Part shown: positions 54,460 through 63,709 of the stretch, piece after piece
How the letters are laid out: each line of letters opens with the position of its first letter
Numbering within the stretch: the stretch's first letter is position 1
Assembly: GCA_013336275.1 (NCBI GenBank)
Contig: JAAXUA010000001.1
Location: forward strand, 270,167 to 334,166
Length of the DNA: 64,000 nucleotides
From: Candidatus Falkowbacteria bacterium
GTDB lineage: Bacteria; Patescibacteriota; Patescibacteriia; Patescibacteriales; GWE2-39-37
Direction of reading: 5' to 3'
The notes under the pieces: model-generated
Seen by the model: the letters and a program-made list of their open reading frames with translations, nothing else
Told to the model about the DNA's origin: nothing
The model's database searches: none
Program-made: the position numbers and the translations under genes

Positions 54460-54987
54460 TTAGGCTTTCTGCTCCTCAATTGCCTTGAGGACATAAACCA
54501 GGTTGCGCAAGTTGCCAGCCAAGGCATTGACGAATCCGGAAACCGGAGCGTTCAATGAACCGACCAACTGGCCATACAATTCCTGCTTGCTTGGCAATTT
54601 TGCCAATTCAGTCACCTCAGCTGCGCTGATAAAATGACCCTCGAGAACACCGCCGGCAAAATCCAGCTTACCCTCGTTCTCTTTCTTGTACTTAGCCACC
54701 AGCTTAGCTGGGACCACTTCGTCGCCGTACCCGAAAATCGCAGCCAATTGGCCATCCATCTTACGGGCAGAAAAACCGTCCAGACCCTTGCCTTTGAAAG
54801 CCAGGTCGATCAAGGTCTTTTTGGCAACGAGCATTTCGGCCTGTTCTTCTCTGAGCGCATTGCGCAAAGATTCGCTGGCCTGCACACCGAAACCGTTGAA
54901 ATTAGCGAAAACTACCGACTTGGCTCGTCCGGCACGTTCCTCTAAAGTCCGCAGCTCAGTCTGCTTCTTTACTCTGCTTTTAGCCAT
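54460..54987 (-). CDS. rplJ: 50S ribosomal protein L10
   Basis: 175 aa; SVVFANFNGFGVQASESLRNALRE..., adjacent to and upstream of rplL. Confidence 0.9.
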   Translation of the reverse strand: MAKSRVKKQTELRTLEERAGRAKSVVFANFNGFGVQASESLRNALREEQAEMLVAKKTLIDLAFKGKGLDGFSARKMDGQLAAIFGYGDEVVPAKLVAKYKKENEGKLDFAGGVLEGHFISAAEVTELAKLPSKQELYGQLVGSLNAPVSGFVNALAGNLRNLVYVLKAIEEQKA

Positions 54988-55134
54988 AATTATTATTTAA
55001 TTTCTCAAAAATCACGAATCATAAACAAAAAAAACTGTGGCTTTACCACAGCAACAAGAACCTAAAAATGGTCCTCACCTCGGCAGGGCTTATCTTGTAC
55101 GCCTGCGGTCTCTGGTAAAGTAATATTTTGATGT
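54988..55134 (-). promoter_or_regulatory. rplJ 5' leader with intrinsic-terminator-like attenuator (candidate L10 leader)
   Basis: The ~145-nt leader between the predicted promoter and the rplJ ATG contains CTGTGG-taaag-CCACAG followed by U8 (55051..55026, minus strand). Confidence 0.45.
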
Positions 55135-55140
55135 AAGATT

Positions 55141-55168
55141 ATTCTAGCAGATTAGCCATTTTTGTCAA
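55141..55168 (-). promoter_or_regulatory. Sigma70-type promoter of rplJL
   Basis: Minus strand TTGACA (55168..55163) - 16 nt - (TGC)TAGAAT (55146..55141). Confidence 0.6.
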
Positions 55169-55185
55169 TAGCCCGAGTCTTGCGG

Positions 55186-57567
55186 CTATCGGCCACCTTC
55201 CTGCAGATTATAAACCGGGCCGATGGCCAGATATTTCTTACCCTTGATCTGTTCGATGATGACTATCAGTTTCAGGGTTCCGATATCTTCAATGGTCTTA
55301 AGCTTTTCGAAATTGAATGCCGTCCGCTTCTCGCCAGATTTGCTGACAAGGTTCTTCCTGGCGAAGTTGGCCAAGTTGGCCAAGTCATTATTATCCAGTT
55401 TCTCGCCGGCCAATTCCTTCTTTGTAATCGCCTTAAGCTTCAAGAGCTCGTCCTGGACCTCGGCCAATTTCTTGCCGGTCAGATCGACATCTTTAACCAG
55501 GCGCAGGGCTCCCATCATCTTGCCGAGCATCCGCGCGTTAGCCAAAAGCTCATCAATCAGGACTGGGGCCGGCTCCACCATATAGGAAGACTCCGCCAAG
55601 TCGCCACCGGAGACATTTTCCAGATTAGGGACCCACTTATCAGCCGGCAGCCGCAGATTGACCCAGGCGGCCAAAGCAGCAGTCGTTTGGCGGTTGCTCC
55701 AGTTGGCTGTGTTGGTGACGATCGGTCCGGTGAGCTCAAGCGGGTCAAGCATGGACTTGCGCATCACATCGAGCGTTGACCAATACTGGCTGGCATGCCA
55801 GCTGTTGGCACTGAAATTAAGAAGCTGGTTCTTAAGGATGTCTGATTGCTGGGTGTAATTCCTATAAGATGTGTTCTCGTTGAAATAGGCGTTGGAAACG
55901 ACCGGCTGAAGTATGTTAATAATATCCAAGCCGATGGCCGCGCAACGGACATCGCCGATTTCAGACTTTTCTTTGGTTTGATTCGGACAAGCGGTGACGT
56001 TCTTGGCCAGTTGCTCCTTTTTGGCTGGCAAAAATTTGGAGACCTTGGGATTGGTCAGCTGCTTGAAGATAAAATAATCGGGCCAGAAATCAGTCTGCAG
56101 CAAGCGCATGCCTAAGATGGGCTTAGTCTTGGGGTCAGCGCGGTCATAGCTCCCTTCCAATCCGTAATAATCGCTGCGCTTGGCGATTTCGGCCTGAACC
56201 TTCTTGGCGGCCTGCTCGGCTCTCTGCCGTTCCGGCTCGATCGAGAAAATCTGCTCGGGATCATAACCCTCGCCAAAAAGATTCAGCATCACTTCATTAT
56301 AGTGCAAGTAGGTCAGGTCCTTGCGCAACCCGGAAAAATACGAAACCACCTTGTAAATCCTAGCCCAGCGATTTTTCAGCTCCTGGTTATCGGCGAAGTC
56401 TTTGGCCACGAAAGCGTTAGCGATGAAATTAATCAGCCAGTCGTTCTGGTCCAACAAGCAATCTTTGCAGCTGTCATCACGGTAGTACAAAGGAAAGACC
56501 GAGTTGAACCAGCGATGAGCCAGATAGAAGTTGGCCAGTTTGGCATTGCCCAGGTTCTCGGCGGTCGGGTCGAATTCGCTGTAGTCGCGCTCATAAAGCA
56601 GGACTGGCGATTTCGAGGTGCCGTTGGCCTTGGCAATCAGCGCCAACTCCTTGGCTACGTCAGCCGCCAGATAATCCGGCAGCTCAAAGACATAGCCGTC
56701 CTTTTCGCTAGCTGAGAATTTATTGCCGGTCGTCAGCTCCTCACTCGAAATCTGCCCGGTCTTGGGTTTTAAAAGCTCGAGGCCGACGGCAAAAAAAGCC
56801 GCTTCAAGACGCTCGGCTTCCAAAACAGGGTCGTTGGCCGTGCCGACTTTGGCCTTAGTCTTCTTATAGCGAGCATTGGCGATCTGGAAGAATTCCTTGT
56901 TGATTTTCCACAAATCCTTATAAAAAGTCCCGACCTTGATGTCGGCGAATACTTCTTTCATCTGATTCTGGTAAAAATACCAGATGAAATCTGAACTGAT
57001 GAACTGCGGCATGTCCTTCTTGCTGATCTGGTTATAAAGCCCGTAAAAATCAGTCGCCTCCTTCTTGAAGACATTGTCCATAATGGTAAAACCATTCTTG
57101 TTCAGTTCATCAATCTGCTTTTCTGATAATTCGACTTTTCGTGAAAAATCATAGTAGTTCGCGACATCGACTTTGATAGACAACGGCATCCTGATGGTAT
57201 CAGCCTTGGCTTCGTATTTGTCCTGAGGCGCTTCATAATAATCAGAAAACTTCAGGACCTCGGCCTTGACGTTGGAAAAATCGCCTGACCAGCCATAAGG
57301 ATCGGAGCTCGTGGCCTGGTCGTTCTCCGGCAGACCCGCACCGGTCGAGGTGGAGTTCTTCTGCACCTCGGTCGAGGTTGCCACCGGCGGCTTATCACCC
57401 GGCTTCTTTGTCGTGCCGAGATATGACTTGATGAAGCCGACCATGATACTGATGACTATCACGCCGCCCAAAACGGCAAAAAGCATGATCTGCATCTTGT
57501 TATTCTGCGGCGGTCTGTTTGTTACCGGCCCGGAATAGCCGGACCCTTGAGCCATGTTGTCGAACAT
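55186..57567 (-). CDS. Large membrane-anchored extracytoplasmic protein (possibly DUF3160-like)
   Basis: 793 aa; N-terminal TM span IMLFAVLGGVIVISIMVGFI, Ser/Thr-rich linker, large domain with no catalytic motif recognised. The family call is a weak recollection. Confidence 0.4.
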   Translation of the reverse strand: MFDNMAQGSGYSGPVTNRPPQNNKMQIMLFAVLGGVIVISIMVGFIKSYLGTTKKPGDKPPVATSTEVQKNSTSTGAGLPENDQATSSDPYGWSGDFSNVKAEVLKFSDYYEAPQDKYEAKADTIRMPLSIKVDVANYYDFSRKVELSEKQIDELNKNGFTIMDNVFKKEATDFYGLYNQISKKDMPQFISSDFIWYFYQNQMKEVFADIKVGTFYKDLWKINKEFFQIANARYKKTKAKVGTANDPVLEAERLEAAFFAVGLELLKPKTGQISSEELTTGNKFSASEKDGYVFELPDYLAADVAKELALIAKANGTSKSPVLLYERDYSEFDPTAENLGNAKLANFYLAHRWFNSVFPLYYRDDSCKDCLLDQNDWLINFIANAFVAKDFADNQELKNRWARIYKVVSYFSGLRKDLTYLHYNEVMLNLFGEGYDPEQIFSIEPERQRAEQAAKKVQAEIAKRSDYYGLEGSYDRADPKTKPILGMRLLQTDFWPDYFIFKQLTNPKVSKFLPAKKEQLAKNVTACPNQTKEKSEIGDVRCAAIGLDIINILQPVVSNAYFNENTSYRNYTQQSDILKNQLLNFSANSWHASQYWSTLDVMRKSMLDPLELTGPIVTNTANWSNRQTTAALAAWVNLRLPADKWVPNLENVSGGDLAESSYMVEPAPVLIDELLANARMLGKMMGALRLVKDVDLTGKKLAEVQDELLKLKAITKKELAGEKLDNNDLANLANFARKNLVSKSGEKRTAFNFEKLKTIEDIGTLKLIVIIEQIKGKKYLAIGPVYNLQEGGR

Positions 57568-57576
57568 GATTTTGTT

Positions 57577-58635
57577 TTAGTATAGATACTGCCTTTTATT
57601 CTGCTTATGCTGCTCGAATGTTTCGGCGAATATGGTCGCGCCCGTCTTAGGGTCGTTCAAGAAAAAATTATAATCATTCGGCTCGGGATAGATGGCTGCC
57701 ACCAGGGCGGCCAAACCAGGGTTGCCGATCGGTGTCGGCGGCAGGCCCTTGAAGCGGTAGCTATTGAAGGGGGAGTCGGACTCCAGGTCTTCAGCCGAAT
57801 GAGCGGCTACGGTGTCATTTAAGACATAGCTCAGGGTGGCGTCAGACTGTAGCGCCTGTCCGCGGTCGAGCCGCCGCCAAAAAAGATCGGAAACCAGCTT
57901 CATATCGGTGGCAGTACGAACTTCTTTTTCAAGAAGCGAAGCCATGATGACTACTTCCCAAACCGTCTTGCGTTGGCGCGCTATTTCCTGGCGCATTGCC
58001 GCAGAAAGTTTCGAATCGAAATTCTTAAGCATCTTCCTGATAATCTGCCCGGAGGTCGCAGTCTTGCTGAAACGGTAAGTGTCAGGAAAAAGATACCCCT
58101 CATAGCCATAATGACCCGGCTTATCCTCAAGGTAGCTGAAATCATTCGCGTAATCAGCCGGCCGAGGTTCAGACAGGGGTAGTTTGCCGTAATCAACGGT
58201 CGGTCTGCCGGCGGCATCAATAAAGGTAGAAGAAGCCACGATGCCTGCTTTGGCTAGCTGGTCGGCCAGGCTCCTGATACTATCCCCTTCCAGAAAGGTG
58301 ATTTGCACCTGGTTAGCTTGAGCATTGCCCAGGGCTTCGATGAGCTGAAGCAAAGACAACCCCCGCGGCAACTCATAATCGCCAGCTTGAAGCTTGTTCT
58401 GTTTATGACTCAAACGCACGAGCACTTCAAAGAACCAAGGCGAACTGATGACTCCTTCGTCAGCTAAAGAGCGGCTGATCTGCTTCAAAGTCTCGCCGCG
58501 CTCGATCGTAAAGGCGATTTCGCCAGGCTTGCCGTCGCCAGGCTTGCGCTGCAATTCCCAGCCGAAAAAAATAATCGTTACGATAATGACCGCGGGTAGG
58601 AAGGCGAACAGGAATAGCCAGATATGCTTTTTCAT
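57577..58635 (-). CDS. mltG: Endolytic murein transglycosylase MltG (YceG-like)
   Basis: N-terminal TM span; GDYELPRGLSLLQLIEAL; ASLLEKEV; LQSDATLSYVL; SPFNSYRFKGLPPTPIGNPG. Confidence 0.9.
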   Translation of the reverse strand: MKKHIWLFLFAFLPAVIIVTIIFFGWELQRKPGDGKPGEIAFTIERGETLKQISRSLADEGVISSPWFFEVLVRLSHKQNKLQAGDYELPRGLSLLQLIEALGNAQANQVQITFLEGDSIRSLADQLAKAGIVASSTFIDAAGRPTVDYGKLPLSEPRPADYANDFSYLEDKPGHYGYEGYLFPDTYRFSKTATSGQIIRKMLKNFDSKLSAAMRQEIARQRKTVWEVVIMASLLEKEVRTATDMKLVSDLFWRRLDRGQALQSDATLSYVLNDTVAAHSAEDLESDSPFNSYRFKGLPPTPIGNPGLAALVAAIYPEPNDYNFFLNDPKTGATIFAETFEQHKQNKRQYLY

Positions 58636-58638
58636 AAA

Positions 58639-59715
58639 TTATAGGTATTCCTCCATGCCCTCGGCTTTCAGCTTGTCGACAAGCTGCTTGACCGACTGGG
58701 CTTCCGATTGCGGGCAGATCAGCATGGCGTCCGGAGTATCGATAACCACCAAGTCCTTGACCCCGACCAAAGCGACCAGCTTGTTGGAATAACCGTAAAC
58801 CAGATTGCCGCTGCTCTCGACTTCTATGACATTGCCTTTGACGATATTGTCGGACGGCTGCGCTGACAAGACTTCCTTGACCGTACGCCAATGCCCGACA
58901 TCGGCCCAGCCGAAATCAGCCGGTATCACTAGAAGTTTCGGAGCTTTTTCGATAATGCCGTAATCCATGGAAATCGGCGAAATCAGGTTGAACTCGCGCT
59001 CGATTATCGCGTCTTGTTCCGGTGTGCCCCAGGCCGATTCGATCGCCATCAGGCGGCTATGCATTTCCGGAAGCAGCTGCTGGTACAGCGAAAGGAGGTA
59101 ATCGGTCTTGAAAGCGAAGCAGCCGATATTCCAAAGATACTCCCAGCGCTCGAAATATTCTTGCGCCTTTTCCAAAGTCGGCTTCTCTTTGAATTCGGAA
59201 ATTTCAAAAATCTTAGTGCCTTCCAGTTCTTTCCACTCCTCACCCATCTTGATGTAGCCGTAACCGGTCTCGGGATAAGTCGGGTTGACGCCGATCAAGA
59301 CGCCGGCGTCAGGCTTTTCGGCCAGAACCCTTCCGGCCAGCTGGATGATTTTCAGGTACTCGGCCTCGTTCTTGATGTAGTGATCGGAATTTATATTGAT
59401 AATGCTTTCGCCCGGATGGTCGTGGTGTATCTTGGTGACTGCCAATCCGATGGCGGCGGCCGTGTCGCGCCTTGAAGGCTCGATGATGTAATTGCCATGA
59501 GGGACCTCGGTCAGCTGCTGCTTGATCAGCTCGGCCTGGACCTGGTTCGTTGCTATATAGATATCCTCTGCCGGAAAGCCGGCGCGCAGGCGTTCATAAG
59601 TCTTCTCAAGCAGCGTTTGGTCGCCGACGATCTGTTGGACTTGTTTTGGCGTATTCTTGCGGGAAACCGGCCACAAGCGCGTGCCTGAACCGCCGGCTAA
59701 AATGATTAATTTCAT
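58639..59715 (-). CDS. Sugar-1-phosphate nucleotidyltransferase (mannose-1-phosphate guanylyltransferase-like)
   Basis: MKLIILAGGSGTRLWPVSRKNTPKQ; 358 aa. ATGA overlap with pcm. Confidence 0.8.
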   Translation of the reverse strand: MKLIILAGGSGTRLWPVSRKNTPKQVQQIVGDQTLLEKTYERLRAGFPAEDIYIATNQVQAELIKQQLTEVPHGNYIIEPSRRDTAAAIGLAVTKIHHDHPGESIININSDHYIKNEAEYLKIIQLAGRVLAEKPDAGVLIGVNPTYPETGYGYIKMGEEWKELEGTKIFEISEFKEKPTLEKAQEYFERWEYLWNIGCFAFKTDYLLSLYQQLLPEMHSRLMAIESAWGTPEQDAIIEREFNLISPISMDYGIIEKAPKLLVIPADFGWADVGHWRTVKEVLSAQPSDNIVKGNVIEVESSGNLVYGYSNKLVALVGVKDLVVIDTPDAMLICPQSEAQSVKQLVDKLKAEGMEEYL

Positions 59716-60338
59716 GATTTTGGGTTTATTAGCGGTACGAAGCGGAAGCCAGGCCAGCGCCTTTCAGCATAAGTACCGTCAGTTTTTTTCTCAATCAGGA
59801 CCAGGTCCTGGTCAGCATCCGTCCGCCCGACCGGGGCGACAAGCCAGCCGCCACGAGCAAGGCGATCCAAGAGGTTGGACGGCACTTTCGGCGCAGCTGC
59901 CGCTATCATAATCTTATCAAAAACAGCTCCTTCGGGCAAACCTGAATAGGCGTCGGCGCAGATTATACGCGCCTGTTCCGACGTATGGTATTTCGAGACG
60001 TTTGCTTGAGCGGTTTCAGCTAGCTCGGGGACTATTTCCAGTCCCAGGACGGTGCCAGGCTTAGCTAGCTCGGCCATCAAAGCAGTGGTCCAACCCGAAC
60101 CGCTGCCGACATCCAAGACCCTATCGCCAGGCTCGACCTGCAGCAATTCAAGCATTATGGCAACCGTTGTAGGCTGGGAGTTGGTTTGTCCGAAGCCGAT
60201 CGGCAACGCCTGGTCGATATCGGCCATATGACGATTGGCGACCGGCAGGAAGTCGGCACGCCTGATCTTGCGCATCGCGGCGATGATTGCCGGCGTCCTC
60301 AAGGCGCCGTCTTCTATTAAGAGATCAATTGAAGACAT
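59712..60338 (-). CDS. pcm: Protein-L-isoaspartate O-methyltransferase
   Basis: QTNSQPTTVAIMLELL, VLDVGSGSGWTTALMAEL, GGWLVAPVG. Confidence 0.8.
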   Translation of the reverse strand: MSSIDLLIEDGALRTPAIIAAMRKIRRADFLPVANRHMADIDQALPIGFGQTNSQPTTVAIMLELLQVEPGDRVLDVGSGSGWTTALMAELAKPGTVLGLEIVPELAETAQANVSKYHTSEQARIICADAYSGLPEGAVFDKIMIAAAAPKVPSNLLDRLARGGWLVAPVGRTDADQDLVLIEKKTDGTYAERRWPGFRFVPLINPKS

Positions 60339-61143
60339 CGGAGAAAAACATCAGAAAAATTATTATGAAAGCTAAAACGAAACGATAATAAGCGAAGGCA
60401 CGTAAACTATGCTTTTGCGTAAAATGAAGAAGCATGGCGATGGCCAGCCAGCCGGAAATGACCGCTGCAACGAAGGCCAACCCCACAACTGTCCACTCTC
60501 TCGGCTCCAAACCGGATTCGAAAAGATAAGGAACTTTTTTCAAGGCCGCTCCGGCGATTATTGGCAGCGACAAAAGGAAGGAAAAACGGATTGCAGCCGT
60601 TCTCTTCAAATTAAGGCCCATACCTGATATAGTAGTAATACCGCTCCTTGAGGTGCCAGGAATCAAGGCTAAGGCCTGGGACAGTCCGATAATCATAGCT
60701 TGCCTCAAAGTCAGCTGGCTCAACTCTTGCGATTGCTTGCCCACCCGCTCGACCACGATAAAAAGGATTCCGACCAGGACAAGCATGAAGGCCACCAGCA
60801 ACGGCGACCGTAAAACAGTTTCGATCGTGTCTTCCCAGAGCAGCCCGGCCAGTCCGGCCGGAATGGTGGCAAAAATGATCAGCCAGCTCAAATCAGTCAA
60901 ACTGCCAGGCAGATACCTGAAACTGCGCAGCCAGCGCAAGGCCAAAGAGACGACATCCTTGCGGAAAAACCATAATACAGCCACGAAGGTAGCCAGGTGG
61001 AGCGAAACATCGAACGCCACTTCATCTTTTATCGGCAAAGCCAATAAACGATGCAAGACCAAAAGGTGTCCGGAACTGGACACTGGTAAAAACTCAGTGA
61101 CTCCTTGCACCACCCCGAAAATGATCGCGCTTATATATTCCAT
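60325..61143 (-). CDS. uppP: Undecaprenyl-diphosphate phosphatase (BacA/UppP)
   Basis: IIFGVVQGVTEFLPVSSSGHL, PGTSRSGITI-like GTSRSGITT. Start set at MEYISAII (61143), which fits family N-termini and removes the overlap with the divergent gene; the ORF track extends to 61164. Confidence 0.85.
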   Translation of the reverse strand: MEYISAIIFGVVQGVTEFLPVSSSGHLLVLHRLLALPIKDEVAFDVSLHLATFVAVLWFFRKDVVSLALRWLRSFRYLPGSLTDLSWLIIFATIPAGLAGLLWEDTIETVLRSPLLVAFMLVLVGILFIVVERVGKQSQELSQLTLRQAMIIGLSQALALIPGTSRSGITTISGMGLNLKRTAAIRFSFLLSLPIIAGAALKKVPYLFESGLEPREWTVVGLAFVAAVISGWLAIAMLLHFTQKHSLRAFAYYRFVLAFIIIFLMFFSDVFN

Positions 61144-61155
61144 ATAATTTAAATT

Positions 61156-61590
61156 ATGTATCAAATCCTACTTACGCCCCTCGTGGCAGCGGTAATCGCC
61201 CAGGTTTCCAAATTCTTTATCGGCGCCAACCACTTGAAGATCGGTGTCACCAACCTGGTGGCCTATTCAGGAATGCCCTCTGGCCATTCAGCCTTGATGA
61301 TCTCCCTCGTGACCATCATCGGTCTCGAATTGGGTATCCAGGATCCGCTATTCGCGGTCTGTGTCGTCTTGACCATCCTGGTCCTTAGGGATGCGGTCGG
61401 ACTCAGGCGCTACCTTGGGCAGCACGGCAAGGTACTCAACATCCTGGTCAAAGACCTTAAGGATGACGAAGTCCTGGACTATAAATATCCGGCACTCCTG
61501 GAAAAGATCGGCCATACGCCCGCGCAAGTCGCCGTCGGCAGCCTGATCGGCTTCCTGGTGAGCCTGGCCAGCTACTTTATTGTCAGCTGA
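61156..61590 (+). CDS. Divergent PAP2-family membrane protein (DUF212, acid phosphatase/haloperoxidase-related)
   Basis: 144 aa; YSGMPSGHSALMISLV, RDAVGLRR, GHTPAQVAVGSLIG. TATAAT at 61143..61148, 7 nt before the ATG. Confidence 0.7.
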   Translation: MYQILLTPLVAAVIAQVSKFFIGANHLKIGVTNLVAYSGMPSGHSALMISLVTIIGLELGIQDPLFAVCVVLTILVLRDAVGLRRYLGQHGKVLNILVKDLKDDEVLDYKYPALLEKIGHTPAQVAVGSLIGFLVSLASYFIVS

Positions 61591-61623
61591 TGGACTGAGA
61601 TAATTATACCACGTTTACTCGAA

Positions 61624-61654
61624 ATAACCGATTCTAGCCCAATCGGTTATTTTT
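61624..61654 (+). terminator. Rho-independent terminator
   Basis: ATAACCGATT-ctagccc-AATCGGTTAT-TTTT. Confidence 0.75.
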
Positions 61655-61655
61655 A

Positions 61656-61664
61656 TGGTATAAT
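61656..61664 (+). promoter_or_regulatory. Extended -10 promoter element upstream of pilM/N
   Basis: TGgTATAAT, 28 nt upstream of the ATG at 61692. Confidence 0.4.
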
Positions 61665-61691
61665 ATAATAACTATTCAAAAGACTCAATCA

Positions 61692-63143
61692 ATGCATTGG
61701 CCCAACATCTTAATCAAGCCCGAACCCATAGCCGGTATCGAACTTTCCGATGCGGCATTGCGTTTCGCATTGCTCAAGCAGGGTAAAAAAAACAGCGTAC
61801 TACTCGAACAGGCCCTGCTGGAACCGCTGGCTCCGGGCGATCTTGTCGGCAATCGCGTCAATAATCCGGAAGGTTTGGCAAAAAGCCTGGCCAACCTGGC
61901 CGCCAAAACCCGCAAGCTGACGCAGTTGGCCGTCCTGACTTTGCCAGCTGACTACCTGTACCTGAAAATCGTGGAATTCCCCGCTGACTTGGAAGAATAC
62001 AAGATTGAAGAATCGATCGAGCTGATGGCTCATTTCCAATTGCCGTTACCGGCAGATGAGCTGTATTTCGATTGGCAGGTTTTGCCCAAACAGCCGGATT
62101 CCACGAAGCGCCGAGTGCTGATCGTAGCCACGAATAAGAATAAGATCGACGAGCTGGTAAGCCTCTTTACTTTAGCGGGCATTGAGCTGGTGGCCATCGA
62201 GTTCCATCAGCTTTCAGCTGGCCGCCTCTTGGAAGGACAGGCTGACCCGTCTTATATCCTGGCCATAATCAACCAGCATGGATTCACAGTCTCCCTGACT
62301 GACCAAGCGATTCCTGTAGTTGCTCACCCTTTGCCAGAAGCTGAAAAAAATAAAACCGGAATCGAGTCTGCAATCAAGCACCTCGCAGATTACGCCCAGA
62401 CCGAGCGCCATGACATCAAGCACTTGATCCTATTAGGCGATTCTCCTGACGTCTACAAAACCGGGCTGAAGAGCGTCGTTCCTGCGCTTGCTCCGATTGC
62501 CGGAACGGAAAAGCTCCTGCCCGCAGCTGACTGGGTCATCGCCTTGGGAGCCGCGCGAAGAGGGCTGTTGCCACGTCAGAACGACAAGCAGATCAGCCTG
62601 ATGCCGTTAGGAACCGAGGAAATTTATGAGCACCAGAAGGCGATCTCCTTCGTCGCCTTCATAACTAGGCTTACGGCCACATTATCCATATTCTTCGTAG
62701 CGGTCTTTTTCGGCAGTTGGGTCCTCATGAACCGCCTGCAAACCATTACCGGACAGCAGATTGCCACCTACTCCGGACAAGCTGGCCAAGGGAGCGTCTT
62801 CGAAATGCAGAATCGGGCTCAGCAGCTGAACCAAGTCTTGAGCCAGACCAACTTGCTATTGCAGGAGCAGACAGCCTATAGCCGCTTAGTAAACGACATA
62901 GAAAAGATAATTCCGGAGAACATCATCATAACTTCGCTCGCTGCGGCCACGACCAATCAGCCGATCAGCCTAGTCGGTACAGCCAAGACCAGAGCTGACC
63001 TCAACTCTTTCATCAAGGTCCTGAACGGATCCGGCATGTTCGCTCCCACCCCGCTGCCGCTGGACAATCTGGACAAGAGGATAGACATACCGTTCAGTTT
63101 CTCGCTTAGCCTGGCTGCGCCGGCGCTTTACGCAACAAAATGA
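61692..63143 (+). CDS. pilM: Type IV pilus assembly protein, PilM-PilN fusion
   Basis: N-terminal actin-like PilM (IAGIELSDAALRFALLK..., LTLPADYLYLKIVEFP), TM span LTATLSIFFVAVFFGSWVL, then a PilN-like periplasmic part. Confidence 0.65.
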   Translation: MHWPNILIKPEPIAGIELSDAALRFALLKQGKKNSVLLEQALLEPLAPGDLVGNRVNNPEGLAKSLANLAAKTRKLTQLAVLTLPADYLYLKIVEFPADLEEYKIEESIELMAHFQLPLPADELYFDWQVLPKQPDSTKRRVLIVATNKNKIDELVSLFTLAGIELVAIEFHQLSAGRLLEGQADPSYILAIINQHGFTVSLTDQAIPVVAHPLPEAEKNKTGIESAIKHLADYAQTERHDIKHLILLGDSPDVYKTGLKSVVPALAPIAGTEKLLPAADWVIALGAARRGLLPRQNDKQISLMPLGTEEIYEHQKAISFVAFITRLTATLSIFFVAVFFGSWVLMNRLQTITGQQIATYSGQAGQGSVFEMQNRAQQLNQVLSQTNLLLQEQTAYSRLVNDIEKIIPENIIITSLAAATTNQPISLVGTAKTRADLNSFIKVLNGSGMFAPTPLPLDNLDKRIDIPFSFSLSLAAPALYATK

Positions 63144-63709
63144 AGAACCTAACCCCGACACAGAAACAGATAATCATAAGCATCGCCTGGCTGCTGCCTC
63201 TAATGCTTGGTTCATTTTTGGTTGGAAATGTCTACGCCAAGAAGATCAAAAAAATAAATAATGACAACGAGCAGAAGAAAGTCATGCTGTCCCTCTTGAA
63301 GACGCAGACTGATTCCGAAAGCCGCCTTTCCGCCCAGATCAAGATGACCAAGAATTTCGACGCCGAACTCAAAGAAGCGATACCGGCAGCCAGCAATCTG
63401 TCGCCGATTACTGATGCCATCGGCAGCTTGGCCCAAAAATACGGCATCGCCTCATCGATATCGGTATCCGGTCCGCAGGCGACAGACAAGATGATTCACG
63501 CTTCCCCTCTCTACCGCATGGACCTCAAAGCCACGCTGAGCAACGCCACTGTCGGCAGCTTCCAAAAATTATTATCAGACCTTGAGGGCCAGCCGTATTT
63601 CTTCAGCGTTGACAGCTTCTCCTTCAAGAGCGCATCGGGCTCCGGCTGGCATGACAACTCTTCAATCACCTTAATCGGCCACTTTTATGCAGAAAATCGA
63701 GTTGAATAA
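63140..63709 (+). CDS. pilO: PilO-like pilus assembly protein
   Basis: N-terminal TM span, coiled coil, C-terminal alpha/beta domain. ATGA overlap with pilM/N. Confidence 0.5.
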   Translation: MKNLTPTQKQIIISIAWLLPLMLGSFLVGNVYAKKIKKINNDNEQKKVMLSLLKTQTDSESRLSAQIKMTKNFDAELKEAIPAASNLSPITDAIGSLAQKYGIASSISVSGPQATDKMIHASPLYRMDLKATLSNATVGSFQKLLSDLEGQPYFFSVDSFSFKSASGSGWHDNSSITLIGHFYAENRVE

